Source: Gemmatimonadota bacterium
GTDB taxonomy: Bacteria; Gemmatimonadota; Gemmatimonadetes; Gemmatimonadales; GWC2-71-9
Assembly: GCA_039588295.1 (NCBI GenBank)
Contig: JBDHAB010000010.1
Span: 32,001 to 96,000, forward strand
Length of the DNA stretch: 64,000 bases
Direction of reading: 5' to 3'
Below the pieces are notes generated by a model, which saw only the letters and a program-made list of their open reading frames with translations, was not told where the DNA came from and did no database searches. Below are positions 18,234-27,103 of the stretch, piece after piece. Both the position numbers and the translations under genes were made by a program. Position 1 is the stretch's first letter, and each line of letters starts with the position of its first letter.

Positions 18234-19499
18234 CTAGGGTTGGCCCATCTGGCACGCGCCCGACTGCGTCGGACCCGGTCGGTCGGTGACCCGAAGGCGA
18301 AACCGACCGTCGGTCTCGGCAGGAACGGTGTTTGGGATGACGCGAAATGTGCCGGGACGCGCAGCTGTGAACGTGATACGGGCGTTACACCCGCCCGCCC
18401 CATCGTCATCCATCAGCACCTGCCGGAAGCCCGTGCCGACGATCATCAAGTAGGCGTCAAACTCATCAGACAGGAGATCGACGGTGACCTGTTGTCCTCG
18501 CTCCAGCTCCAGGCGCCACGCCTGGACATAGCTATCGTCCCAACTCTTGGCGTCCGACGATGTCAGCTCGCCGTCGACCGTATGACCCACGGTCAGCTGC
18601 CCTTCGAACGGAAGGCCGTTCAGCAGTGCAACTTTCCCCGCCTCGGCACACTGGCCCGGAGTGACCGGACCCGGCTCGGCCGTCACCCGTAGCTCGAACC
18701 GCCCAGTCTCCTTCGCGCCGTTGGTGTTCACAATGACCCGATAGGTTGCGCTCGCGGGAGCCGTGAACGTCACGCGCGCGTTGCAGGCTCCCGCCCCGTC
18801 GTCGTCCGACAACACCTCGAGTCCGGTGCCCGTGATCATGAGAAACGCGTCGAAGTCGTCTGAGACGAGATCGATCGTCGCACTGACGTCTTGACTCATT
18901 CGCACGTCCCACGCCTGCGCATACGAGTCGTCCGTGAGCAGGCTATCCATCGCGGTGAGCTCACCCTCCACCCCCGATCCTATCTCGAGGGTCCGCCCCA
19001 CCGAGGGGAGTGCTGCAAACCAGTCTGCGAGCGCCGCAGGGTTACCGCACGCACCGGTTGTGACCGGGCCCGGCTCCTCCGAAACCCGCAGTCGAAACCG
19101 GCCTGTCGTCTCACCACCCACGGTGTTGGCGATCACCCGATACATGCCGTCCTCCGGTGCCGTAAACGTGATCCGCGCATCACACGCACCCGCACCGTCG
19201 TCATCCCTGATTGCCTCGTCGAGCCCGGGCCCCATGACGAAGAGAAAAGCATCGAAATCATCGGACAGCAGGTCGACCGTCACCTGTGTCCCTTCGCGCA
19301 ACTCCAGGCCCCACGCCTGAGCATACGAACTGTCAGCCAGGCTGACGTCCGCCGCCGTGAGTTTGCCGCGCGCCTCCGACCCAAGCTCGAGCCGACGCGC
19401 GCCGACGGACAAGGACCCGACCCCGGTCTGGGCCAGCGCCGGTCCGCTTCCCACGAGCATGAAGGCCACGGCGAGACAGATTCTCGACCGGATAGTCAT
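18234..19499 (-). CDS. Exported protein of three tandem PPC (pre-peptidase C-terminal)-like domains
   Basis: Signal peptide; three copies of GxLT..D...DSYxQAW...DLxSDxFDAxL...DDDGAGxCxARxTFTA...GRFxLRV...PGP...C. Confidence 0.82.
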   Translation of the reverse strand: MTIRSRICLAVAFMLVGSGPALAQTGVGSLSVGARRLELGSEARGKLTAADVSLADSSYAQAWGLELREGTQVTVDLLSDDFDAFLFVMGPGLDEAIRDDDGAGACDARITFTAPEDGMYRVIANTVGGETTGRFRLRVSEEPGPVTTGACGNPAALADWFAALPSVGRTLEIGSGVEGELTAMDSLLTDDSYAQAWDVRMSQDVSATIDLVSDDFDAFLMITGTGLEVLSDDDGAGACNARVTFTAPASATYRVIVNTNGAKETGRFELRVTAEPGPVTPGQCAEAGKVALLNGLPFEGQLTVGHTVDGELTSSDAKSWDDSYVQAWRLELERGQQVTVDLLSDEFDAYLMIVGTGFRQVLMDDDGAGGCNARITFTAARPGTFRVIPNTVPAETDGRFRLRVTDRPGPTQSGACQMGQP

Positions 19500-19593
19500 G
19501 GAAATCTCCTCCGGAAGTTCGTAGGCGGTGGCGAGTGCCGCCCTGGCAAGGTGCTGGCAGAGCGCGAGGACTGCAACAACTCCAATCGACAGA

Positions 19594-21723
19594 TCACTGG
19601 GCTCGCCCGCTGCCAAACCGCTCGTCGAGCAACCGCAAACCCGCCGGAGCGCCGATGATCGTCAACCGGTCGCCCTCGCGCAGCACCGTGCGGCCCTGCG
19701 GCACGATCATCTCACCATAGCGGCGAATCAACGCGATCAAGCACCCCGGTGGCAGTGCAAGCTCGTTGATGGCATGACCGACCAGCGATTCCGTAGAGGT
19801 TCCGGACCGCAGCTTCAGCGAGAAGAATCGATCATCGCGCAGGAGCGTCTCCTTGAGCTCTTGCTCGTGCCGACTTTCGAGCCACGCGGGCATGAAACTC
19901 CCCTCCTCCACCCGACCCGCGAGCTGCGCGAGAATCCGTAGATGCCGACCGGGGTCGGCCTCACCGCTCACCAGGAAGAAGACGGCACGGATCGGGACGT
20001 CGGCCGCCTGCCGGACCATGTCCTCGTCCTCGACCGGTACCCGCACGCCTTCGGTACACCGCACCAAGACCATCTCCGACGACCGGAGGGACGGCAGACG
20101 CGTGTGCAGCAGTGCCGCACCGTGTGAGACCGGCGTGCCACCCATCCGCACGCCGCGGCCAAATGCCTCGAACAACTCGTCGCCTCGCACAGGAAGCCGG
20201 CGATCCAGACGATCGGACGCCTCGCGGATGATGTCCTCGAGCTTGACCGAGACGATGAAATCGAGGACCGTTGCCCGCGCCACCACTTGGTCAAAGGGAT
20301 CCTCAGCGCGGAGGCCTTTTTCTTTCATCAAATCGCGCAATTCGCGATCCAGGCCCGCGTAGCGACGGCGCCCGAGACGCGCGAAGACGTGGTAGATCGC
20401 TCCGTCACGGCCGATGCGCGGCTTGGCGTAATAGGTGTACCACCCGAAGCAAAGTGCTGTCACGCCGAGCGTGAAGAGCACCGGGAGCCACCCCATTTCC
20501 GCCACCAGCACCACCGGCACGAAGAGGCCCACGAGTTGCGTCCATGGATAGAGCGGCGATCGGAAACCGGGATCGTATGCCTCGATCCCGCTCTCCCGCA
20601 TCACGATGACCGCAACGTTCAGCAACCCGAAGAGCAGTAGTTGCAGCGCGCTTGCGAGCTTGGCCACTTGTACCACGTCGAGGACGAGAAGGAAGAACAC
20701 CAACAGACCGCACGTCACCAGAATGGCGAGCGCTGGCGTACCGAAGCGACCGGTCGTCGCGAGCGGAGCGGGGAAGATGCGATCCCGCGCCATGGCCAGT
20801 GGGTAGCGTGACGCGGAGAGGATCCCCGCGTTCGACATCGATGCGAAGGCCACGATTGCCGCTCCCACCATCAGGTAGACCCCCACCCTCCTCGGCAACC
20901 ACCCCGGCAATGCCTCCGCCGTATCGGCCACAGGGGTGAGGCTTCCGCTCAGCGCGTCGACGCCGAGGACCGACAGCATGATGAACACGCCCGCCACATA
21001 GACCGCCACGACAGTCGCCAACGCCAACATCATTCCAAGTGGAATGTTGCGCTCGGGATCCCGGACCTCCTCCGCAAGACTCGCGACTTTTGTCAGGCCG
21101 ATGTACGACACGAACACCAAGCCGACCGTGCCCAACAGGCCCTCCAACCCGTTCACGGTCTCTGGCGTAAATGACACGCCGGGCTCCCGCGCCGACGTTC
21201 CCGTCAGCACAGCGTACAGCCCGTGGATGATGAAGAATGACAGGATCGAGAGCAGCGTGATCACCAGGACACGAATCAAGCCGCTCGACTGGCTCGCGCC
21301 AAACATGTTGAGAAGCATGAACACGATCGTGAACGCCACCGCCATCGGGAGCATGGGCACGTCGATCACCAGGGCGACGTACACAGTCATGCCGATCAGT
21401 GCAAACGCACTCTTCAGCACGAGCGCCAGCCAGGTTCCCACACCACCGATGGTTCCCACCAACGGGCCCAGCGTCCGATCCAGGAAGTAGTACGCGCCGC
21501 CGGCGCGCGGCATGGCGGTCGCAAGCTCCGCCTGACTCAGCATGGCCGGCAGGATCAGCAGACCGGAGAGGCCGTACGCCAACACCACTCCCGACCCGGC
21601 GCTGGCCGCGGCGACACCGGGGAGTAAGAAGAATCCCGACCCGATCATCGCGCTCGTGCTGATCACGTACACGTCGAACAGCGTGAGCTGCTTCTGGAGC
21701 CTCGCGAACTCAGGAAGTGCCAT
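19594..21723 (-). CDS. APC-family amino-acid permease fused to PTS EIIA-like and TrkA-C (RCK_C) domains
   Basis: MIGSGFFLLPG, AELATAMPRAGGAY, AEEVRDPERNIP, SRYPLAMARD; EIIA-like TPVSHGAALLH...HLRILAQLA; C-terminal LIALIRR...VPQGRTVLREGDRLTIIG. Confidence 0.85.
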   Translation of the reverse strand: MALPEFARLQKQLTLFDVYVISTSAMIGSGFFLLPGVAAASAGSGVVLAYGLSGLLILPAMLSQAELATAMPRAGGAYYFLDRTLGPLVGTIGGVGTWLALVLKSAFALIGMTVYVALVIDVPMLPMAVAFTIVFMLLNMFGASQSSGLIRVLVITLLSILSFFIIHGLYAVLTGTSAREPGVSFTPETVNGLEGLLGTVGLVFVSYIGLTKVASLAEEVRDPERNIPLGMMLALATVVAVYVAGVFIMLSVLGVDALSGSLTPVADTAEALPGWLPRRVGVYLMVGAAIVAFASMSNAGILSASRYPLAMARDRIFPAPLATTGRFGTPALAILVTCGLLVFFLLVLDVVQVAKLASALQLLLFGLLNVAVIVMRESGIEAYDPGFRSPLYPWTQLVGLFVPVVLVAEMGWLPVLFTLGVTALCFGWYTYYAKPRIGRDGAIYHVFARLGRRRYAGLDRELRDLMKEKGLRAEDPFDQVVARATVLDFIVSVKLEDIIREASDRLDRRLPVRGDELFEAFGRGVRMGGTPVSHGAALLHTRLPSLRSSEMVLVRCTEGVRVPVEDEDMVRQAADVPIRAVFFLVSGEADPGRHLRILAQLAGRVEEGSFMPAWLESRHEQELKETLLRDDRFFSLKLRSGTSTESLVGHAINELALPPGCLIALIRRYGEMIVPQGRTVLREGDRLTIIGAPAGLRLLDERFGSGRAQ

Positions 21724-21976
21724 CGATCTGGTCAGAACGGCCTAGGCGTATTAGCTTCTGCGCCCGGCGGCGCTGCGAATCAGCCACAACGGGCGGCGGA
21801 CCCGTGCGGCAGGACGGAACGCACCCCAGTCGTGGGGGCTCCGTCCCGGGGCCGCGGTCCCCGTCTGGCGTGTTGGCCGGAACACGATCATGCGGCTCGC
21901 AGCTATGAGGGTCAGTAACAGTACGCTTGGCGCCCGGGGATGGCCAGGCGGCGCCAAGAGCCCGAACGGACCAATT

Positions 21977-21992
21977 CGGCACGGAACTTGCG
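21977..21992 (+). promoter_or_regulatory. Candidate sigma54 promoter for the TreT-like gene
   Basis: CGGCAC-GGAAC-TTGCG with exact -24/-12 spacing, ending 13 nt before ATG 22006. Confidence 0.45.
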
Positions 21993-22005
21993 CTCAGAGA
22001 GGGAC

Positions 22006-23445
22006 ATGGAGCTCGTCCAGATACCAACGCTCTCGTTCGACCGGTTTGGCCCGATTATCGGGCGAACCGCGGCCGACCGGCTGCGCTCGACGGTGGCGGA
22101 TGCCCGCGAGATCCTCGATGGACGGATCGTGTGGCACGTCAACTCGACGCGAACGGGAGGGGGGGTTGCCGAGATGCTCCAGACCCTTCTCGGATACGAG
22201 CGCGGGGCCGGCCTGGACGCCCGCTGGATGGTGATCGACGGTGACCCCGAGTTCTTCGCCCTCACCAAGCGAATCCATCACAGTCTGCACGGGCGCAACG
22301 GTGACGGCCTGAGATACAGCGAGCGCGATCGGGATCACTACCGCGCGGTAGCGCACCACAATACGAAGCAGGTCCTACGGCACGTCCGGCCGAACGATGT
22401 TGTCGTGCTGCACGATCCGCAGACAGCCGGGCTAGCGCCGGCGCTCCGTCAGGCAGGCGCAGTGGTTGTGTGGCGATGCCACATTGGCTGTGACAGACCG
22501 AACCACGTCGTCCACGACGCATGGCAGTTCCTCCAGCCCCACCTCGACGACGCCCATGGCTTCGTATTTACACGACCGGGATACGTCCCACCGTGGGCTC
22601 GCGATGCGCAGACGTTCATCATCCCGCCGGCCGTCGACGCGTTCTCCGCCAAGAATGCGCCCATGGCCCGGTCAGTGGTTCGCGGCGTCCTCGGCCATAT
22701 CGGCTTGCTGCGCCGCGGCAGCTACCCTGGCGAGATGGTGTTCATCCGCACCGACGGGTCGACCGGTCGGGTCGAGCGACGCGCGAAGATCCACCAGACG
22801 GCGCCGATCCCGGGGTGGAACGTTCCGATGGTTGTCCAGGTCTCGCGCTGGGATCCGCTGAAAGACATGCTCGGCGTGATGCATGCCTTTGCCCAGAGCG
22901 ACCACCTGGGAGATGCGCACCTCGCACTCGTCGGACCCGATGTCAGCGGAGTGAGCGACGATCCGGAAGGTGCGGGCGTACTCGAGGAGTGTATCGAGGA
23001 GTGGTACGCGCTGCCGCCGGCCGCGCGTGAGCGGGTGCACTTGGTGACACTGCCCATGGACGACATCGAGGAAAACGCGGTGATGGTCAACGCCATTCAA
23101 CGCCACGCCACGGTGGTCATCCAGAAAAGCCTCCAAGAGGGATTCGGGCTCACGGTCACGGAGGCGATGTGGAAGGGTCGGCCGATCATCGCGAGTGCGG
23201 TCGGGGGCATTCAAGATCAGATCGTGGACGGCGTACACGGTCTGTTGCTGCAGGACCCCACAGACCCTCGGGGGCTCGGCCACCGGCTCGAGCGCCTGCT
23301 CAAGGATCCACAACTGGCGCGCCGTCTCGGCCGGAATGCCCGGCGGCGGGCGATCAATCACTTTCTCGGCCCGCGCCACATGACTCGATTCGTCGACCTA
23401 CTCTACGCAGTGGAAGGTAGGACTCGGCGGTCGCGCGCCGCCTAG
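22006..23445 (+). CDS. treT: GT4 glycosyltransferase, trehalose synthase TreT-like
   Basis: HVNSTRTGGGVAEML, LHDPQ, WRCHIG, QVSRWDPLKD, QKSLQEGFGLTVTEAMWK. Confidence 0.8.
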   Translation: MELVQIPTLSFDRFGPIIGRTAADRLRSTVADAREILDGRIVWHVNSTRTGGGVAEMLQTLLGYERGAGLDARWMVIDGDPEFFALTKRIHHSLHGRNGDGLRYSERDRDHYRAVAHHNTKQVLRHVRPNDVVVLHDPQTAGLAPALRQAGAVVVWRCHIGCDRPNHVVHDAWQFLQPHLDDAHGFVFTRPGYVPPWARDAQTFIIPPAVDAFSAKNAPMARSVVRGVLGHIGLLRRGSYPGEMVFIRTDGSTGRVERRAKIHQTAPIPGWNVPMVVQVSRWDPLKDMLGVMHAFAQSDHLGDAHLALVGPDVSGVSDDPEGAGVLEECIEEWYALPPAARERVHLVTLPMDDIEENAVMVNAIQRHATVVIQKSLQEGFGLTVTEAMWKGRPIIASAVGGIQDQIVDGVHGLLLQDPTDPRGLGHRLERLLKDPQLARRLGRNARRRAINHFLGPRHMTRFVDLLYAVEGRTRRSRAA

Positions 23446-23476
23446 GCCGGCAGATCTCCCGGAGCCCGCCGCTGGC

Positions 23477-24451
23477 TCATGGCGAGGCTCTGATCCACGC
23501 CATCCCATCCGGCTCGTCGCCCGCCACGATCTCACCGTCCAACTTCCACTCCTCCAGATCGACCACCGAGATCTTGTCGTCCTGCGTGTTGGCGACATAG
23601 GCCGTGCGATTATCCGGCGCTATCAGAATCCCAACCGGCACGACGGCCCACCGCTGCAGATCCACCGCCGCGACTTCGTTGCTGCGCGCGTTCGACACGA
23701 GCGCCTCGCGGCCATCGGGCCGCACTTTCACCCTGATCGGGAAGTCTCCTACGGGAAGTGAGCGGGACACGGTGTTCGTCGCGACGTCGATCTCGGTCAA
23801 CGTCCCGGCACTGCGATTCGTGACATACACCTTGTCGCCATCAGGCGACATATCGATACCCTCCGCTCCGGCGCCGGTGGCGAGCTGCGCCAGGACGCGA
23901 CCCGCGACCCAGTCGACCGACGTGACATTGCCGCTGCCAATGTTGGCGGTGTACACCCGACGGGCCTCCTCCGCCACCACCACCATGTGCGTCACCTGTT
24001 GCCCCGTCTCGATCGCTTGCAGAATCTCGCGATCGGCAGGGTCGAGTTGGAGGACGTGGCGCGACCCTTCCGTCGTCACCCATACGGTCCCGTCGCGCGC
24101 TACCGCGATACCATGCGGACGGGTGTGGCGGCCGAGGTCGATCGTCCCGAGCGGTGTCCCGGCGGCGAGATCCACGATGGTGACGGTATTGCCCGGGTCG
24201 CTACCCGTTCCGTAGTCACTGACGTACGCCAATCTGCCATCGAGCGACGTCGCGACCTCATGCGGCGCAAAGCCGGTTGGGACCGTCATGAGCTCGGTGC
24301 GCGTTGCCGGATCAATCACCGATAGGGTACTGGCGCTCTTGTTGACGACGAGCAACCGTTGGGCTACGACGGTCTCCGGTGAGACCATGCATGCAGCCAA
24401 CACGGCTGCGAGGGTAGCCGTGGCGAGCACCGGCAGTGCCTTCGCGGTCAT
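23477..24451 (-). CDS. YVTN/YncE-type beta-propeller protein
   Basis: Signal peptide; repeats TGFAPHEV, RPHGIAV, GAEGIDMSPDGDKVYVTN, AYVANTQDDKISVVD. Confidence 0.85.
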   Translation of the reverse strand: MTAKALPVLATATLAAVLAACMVSPETVVAQRLLVVNKSASTLSVIDPATRTELMTVPTGFAPHEVATSLDGRLAYVSDYGTGSDPGNTVTIVDLAAGTPLGTIDLGRHTRPHGIAVARDGTVWVTTEGSRHVLQLDPADREILQAIETGQQVTHMVVVAEEARRVYTANIGSGNVTSVDWVAGRVLAQLATGAGAEGIDMSPDGDKVYVTNRSAGTLTEIDVATNTVSRSLPVGDFPIRVKVRPDGREALVSNARSNEVAAVDLQRWAVVPVGILIAPDNRTAYVANTQDDKISVVDLEEWKLDGEIVAGDEPDGMAWIRASP

Positions 24452-24594
24452 GTCATGTCTCCGTGCTCGGGGGATTGGTGTATGCCTCAATACCGCCTGC
24501 CCACTTTGTCGTTTCCGACCTCACCGTATGCAGTACCGCGCATCGGCGGGTTCCCCAGAACCCACACGGACGGAACCGCCCAAACAACGCCAGC

Positions 24595-25068
24595 CTAGAG
24601 CTTGGAAAGCTCCGTGTTCACGCGTGCCTCTGACTCGGGATCGAGCGACGCTCGCGTGGTCTCCATGGGGGCCAGCCGCCGACTCGTCACGCGGAGCCAG
24701 AGGAGCAGCCCTATTCCCCCTGCCACGATGACGCCGATCGGGACGAGCCACGCCATGGCGCCCCGGGGCGACCCGAGGATCTCCTCACCATACGTGTCGT
24801 AGAGCTCGTCCAGCACATCCTGACGGCTGGCGCCCGCGTGGAGCTTGGCTCGGATAGCGTCTCGGAGATCGGCAGCCTCCGCCGACGGACAGTTGGACAG
24901 CAGGCGACCCGGACAGAACGGACTCATGACCGTGTTGAAGATGTAGCTCGCGTCCCGATCGACCGCTCGCTGGTCCTGCGCCTCCAGGCTCGCCAGCGCC
25001 AGCGGAGCAAGCGCGAGTAGCACGAGCATGGTTCGTCGACGTCGGTAGTTCGGCATCGCCCTCTCCAT
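24595..25068 (-). CDS. ccmH: Cytochrome c biogenesis CcmH-like protein
   Basis: Signal peptide; MSPFCPGRLLSNCPS, LRDAIR, YGEEIL, WLVP plus a TM helix; strong GGAGGAGG RBS. Confidence 0.72.
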   Translation of the reverse strand: MERAMPNYRRRRTMLVLLALAPLALASLEAQDQRAVDRDASYIFNTVMSPFCPGRLLSNCPSAEAADLRDAIRAKLHAGASRQDVLDELYDTYGEEILGSPRGAMAWLVPIGVIVAGGIGLLLWLRVTSRRLAPMETTRASLDPESEARVNTELSKL

Positions 25069-25264
25069 GATATGACCTCCTCCCCGCTCCCTTCTCCCAC
25101 AGCGTCACGGGCGTTCCCACCTCAACCAGACAGGAACGCTGCAGACAAATGATACGACCCCCCGTGAGCAGATGCGACTCCCGAGGGACGGTTGATCGTA
25201 CACCTTGCCACCGTTGTGGTTCGGCGAGACGTTTCGCCGTAGACGATCTGCGCCGAGGGAATCA

Positions 25265-25963
25265 ATGCGAGTCAGGTCTGGAACGAGCGGTTACGCGTAC
25301 AAAGCATGGAAGGGCAGCTTCTACCCGGATGACTTGCCGAACGACCAGATGCTGCAGTTCTACGGTACCCAGTTCTCGACCGTGGAGATCAACAACACCT
25401 TCTACCGTATGCCCTCCCAGAGAGTCTTGCTCCAGTGGGCTGACCAGGTGCCGGCCGACTTCGCGTTCGTGCTCAAGGCATCGCGCCGGATTACCCACCA
25501 ACTGCGTCTCAAGAACACCGAACAGCCGTTGCGCTACCTACTCGACAACGCCGCCTCCCTTGGCGCAAGGCTGGGCCCGATGCTGTTTCAGCTGCCGCCG
25601 AACCTCAAGAAGGACATGACGCGGTTACAGGAGTTCCTGGACCTCCTGCCGAAACACGGAAAGTTCGCGTTCGAGTTCCGGCACGAATCGTGGTTCGATG
25701 ACGATGTGTACGGCACCCTTGGAGCGGCGGATGCCGCGCTCTGCGTCGCAGACACGGAGGACGGCGCAACCCCGTTCGTGGCGACGGCGGCATTCGGCTA
25801 CCTGCGGCTGAGGCGGGAGCGGTACGCCAAGCGCGAGCTGGAGCGTTGGGCCAAGCAGGTGCTGGGCCAGCAGTGGAGCGAAGTGTTCGTGTTCTTCAAG
25901 CACGAAGACGAGGGGGCCGGCCCCAAACTCGCGAGACGGTTTCTCGAACAGGCCGGCGCCTGA
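25265..25963 (+). CDS. DUF72 (YecE-like) protein
   Basis: GTSGYAYKAWKGSFYP, VEINNTFYRMP, KASRRITH, LFQLPP, EFRHESW, YLRLR, FFKHE. Confidence 0.9.
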   Translation: MRVRSGTSGYAYKAWKGSFYPDDLPNDQMLQFYGTQFSTVEINNTFYRMPSQRVLLQWADQVPADFAFVLKASRRITHQLRLKNTEQPLRYLLDNAASLGARLGPMLFQLPPNLKKDMTRLQEFLDLLPKHGKFAFEFRHESWFDDDVYGTLGAADAALCVADTEDGATPFVATAAFGYLRLRRERYAKRELERWAKQVLGQQWSEVFVFFKHEDEGAGPKLARRFLEQAGA

Positions 25964-25983
25964 TCCACGGTCCGACCCACCCG

Positions 25984-26397
25984 TTAGCTGCCACCCAGCT
26001 TCCGAATTCGCTCCCACTGGCGCTTTGTCGCGGGAGAGACGGACAGGCGGGACATCCGGACGAGCGGCAGGTCTTCGAACGCCGAGTCCGCCTTGATGGT
26101 CTTCAAGTCAACCGGCGTCTTGAGTTGCCCCATCGCTTCGATGTCCACCACTACGAAGCGCGCGTCGCCTGCACCCGGGTCGGGATAGGGTTCCGACGTG
26201 ATCCGGGCTTCACCGATCACGGCCTTTTCCTTGCCCGAGTGATAGATGAACGCACGGTCCCCAGGGCTCATCCGTCTGAGGTGCTTGAGAGCTAGGTTGT
26301 TGCGCACTCCGTCCCACATCGTCGACCCGTCGCGCTCGAGCTGTTGATAGCTGTACGACGAAGGTTCCGTCTTGAGGATCCAGTAGTTCGCCATCAT
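25984..26397 (-). CDS. EVE domain protein
   Basis: YWILKTEP, WDGVRN, GDRAFIYHSG, YPDP, LVRMSRLSV. Confidence 0.92.
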   Translation of the reverse strand: MMANYWILKTEPSSYSYQQLERDGSTMWDGVRNNLALKHLRRMSPGDRAFIYHSGKEKAVIGEARITSEPYPDPGAGDARFVVVDIEAMGQLKTPVDLKTIKADSAFEDLPLVRMSRLSVSPATKRQWERIRKLGGS

Positions 26398-26401
26398 GAC
26401 C

Positions 26402-27103
26402 TCACAGAGCTTCGATCCACTGCACGGCGACGTCGGTCAGTTCATCCATCACGTGCTCCTGAGTTCTACCCGAGCGCTTCAGGACCTTGAACGAGTGGTC
26501 GCCCCCCTCAACGAGATAGAGCGTCGCCCGAGATCCCAGCCGCTGGCACAGCGGTCGCAGGAACTCCAAATCGGCGAACGCATCGCGCGTGCCTTGGAGG
26601 AACAACATTGGCAGCCCGACGTTCACCAAATGCTCGCCTCGAGTCACGCTCGGTTTGCCGGGTGCGTGAAGCGGGAATCCAAAGAATACCAGGCCCTGCA
26701 CACCCGGGAGCGTCTCGTCCGCAGCAGCTTGCGACGTCATCCGGCCGCCGAACGATTTCCCCCCGGCGACGATGGGCACGTCCGGCACCCGCGCCCGGGC
26801 CGCGGCGACGGCGGCCCGAACCGTTGCTTGCGCAATCGCGGGTGAATCCGGACGATTGCGACCAGCCTCCATGTAGGGAAACTGATACCGCCATGTGGCC
26901 ACTCGGTATGCGCTGAAGGCGTCTGCCACCGCCGCGAGAAACGGATGGCGCATTCCCGCGCCCGCGCCGTGGGCGAGCACGAGGAGCGCGCCGGGATTGG
27001 GAGGCTGCGTCAGAAGCGCCGATACTGGACCCTGCGACCCCGCGTCGAAGGTCAGCGTTCGCATGACCGGCCGCTCCGGGCGCTTGCGGTGCTTCGAGCT
27101 CAT
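26402..27103 (-). CDS. Alpha/beta hydrolase (KANL3/Tex30-like)
   Basis: LAHGAGAGM, FPYME, nucleophile elbow GGKSFGGR, GFPLH, QGTRD, GDHSF; ATGA overlap with the ligD stop. Confidence 0.85.
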   Translation of the reverse strand: MSSKHRKRPERPVMRTLTFDAGSQGPVSALLTQPPNPGALLVLAHGAGAGMRHPFLAAVADAFSAYRVATWRYQFPYMEAGRNRPDSPAIAQATVRAAVAAARARVPDVPIVAGGKSFGGRMTSQAAADETLPGVQGLVFFGFPLHAPGKPSVTRGEHLVNVGLPMLFLQGTRDAFADLEFLRPLCQRLGSRATLYLVEGGDHSFKVLKRSGRTQEHVMDELTDVAVQWIEAL

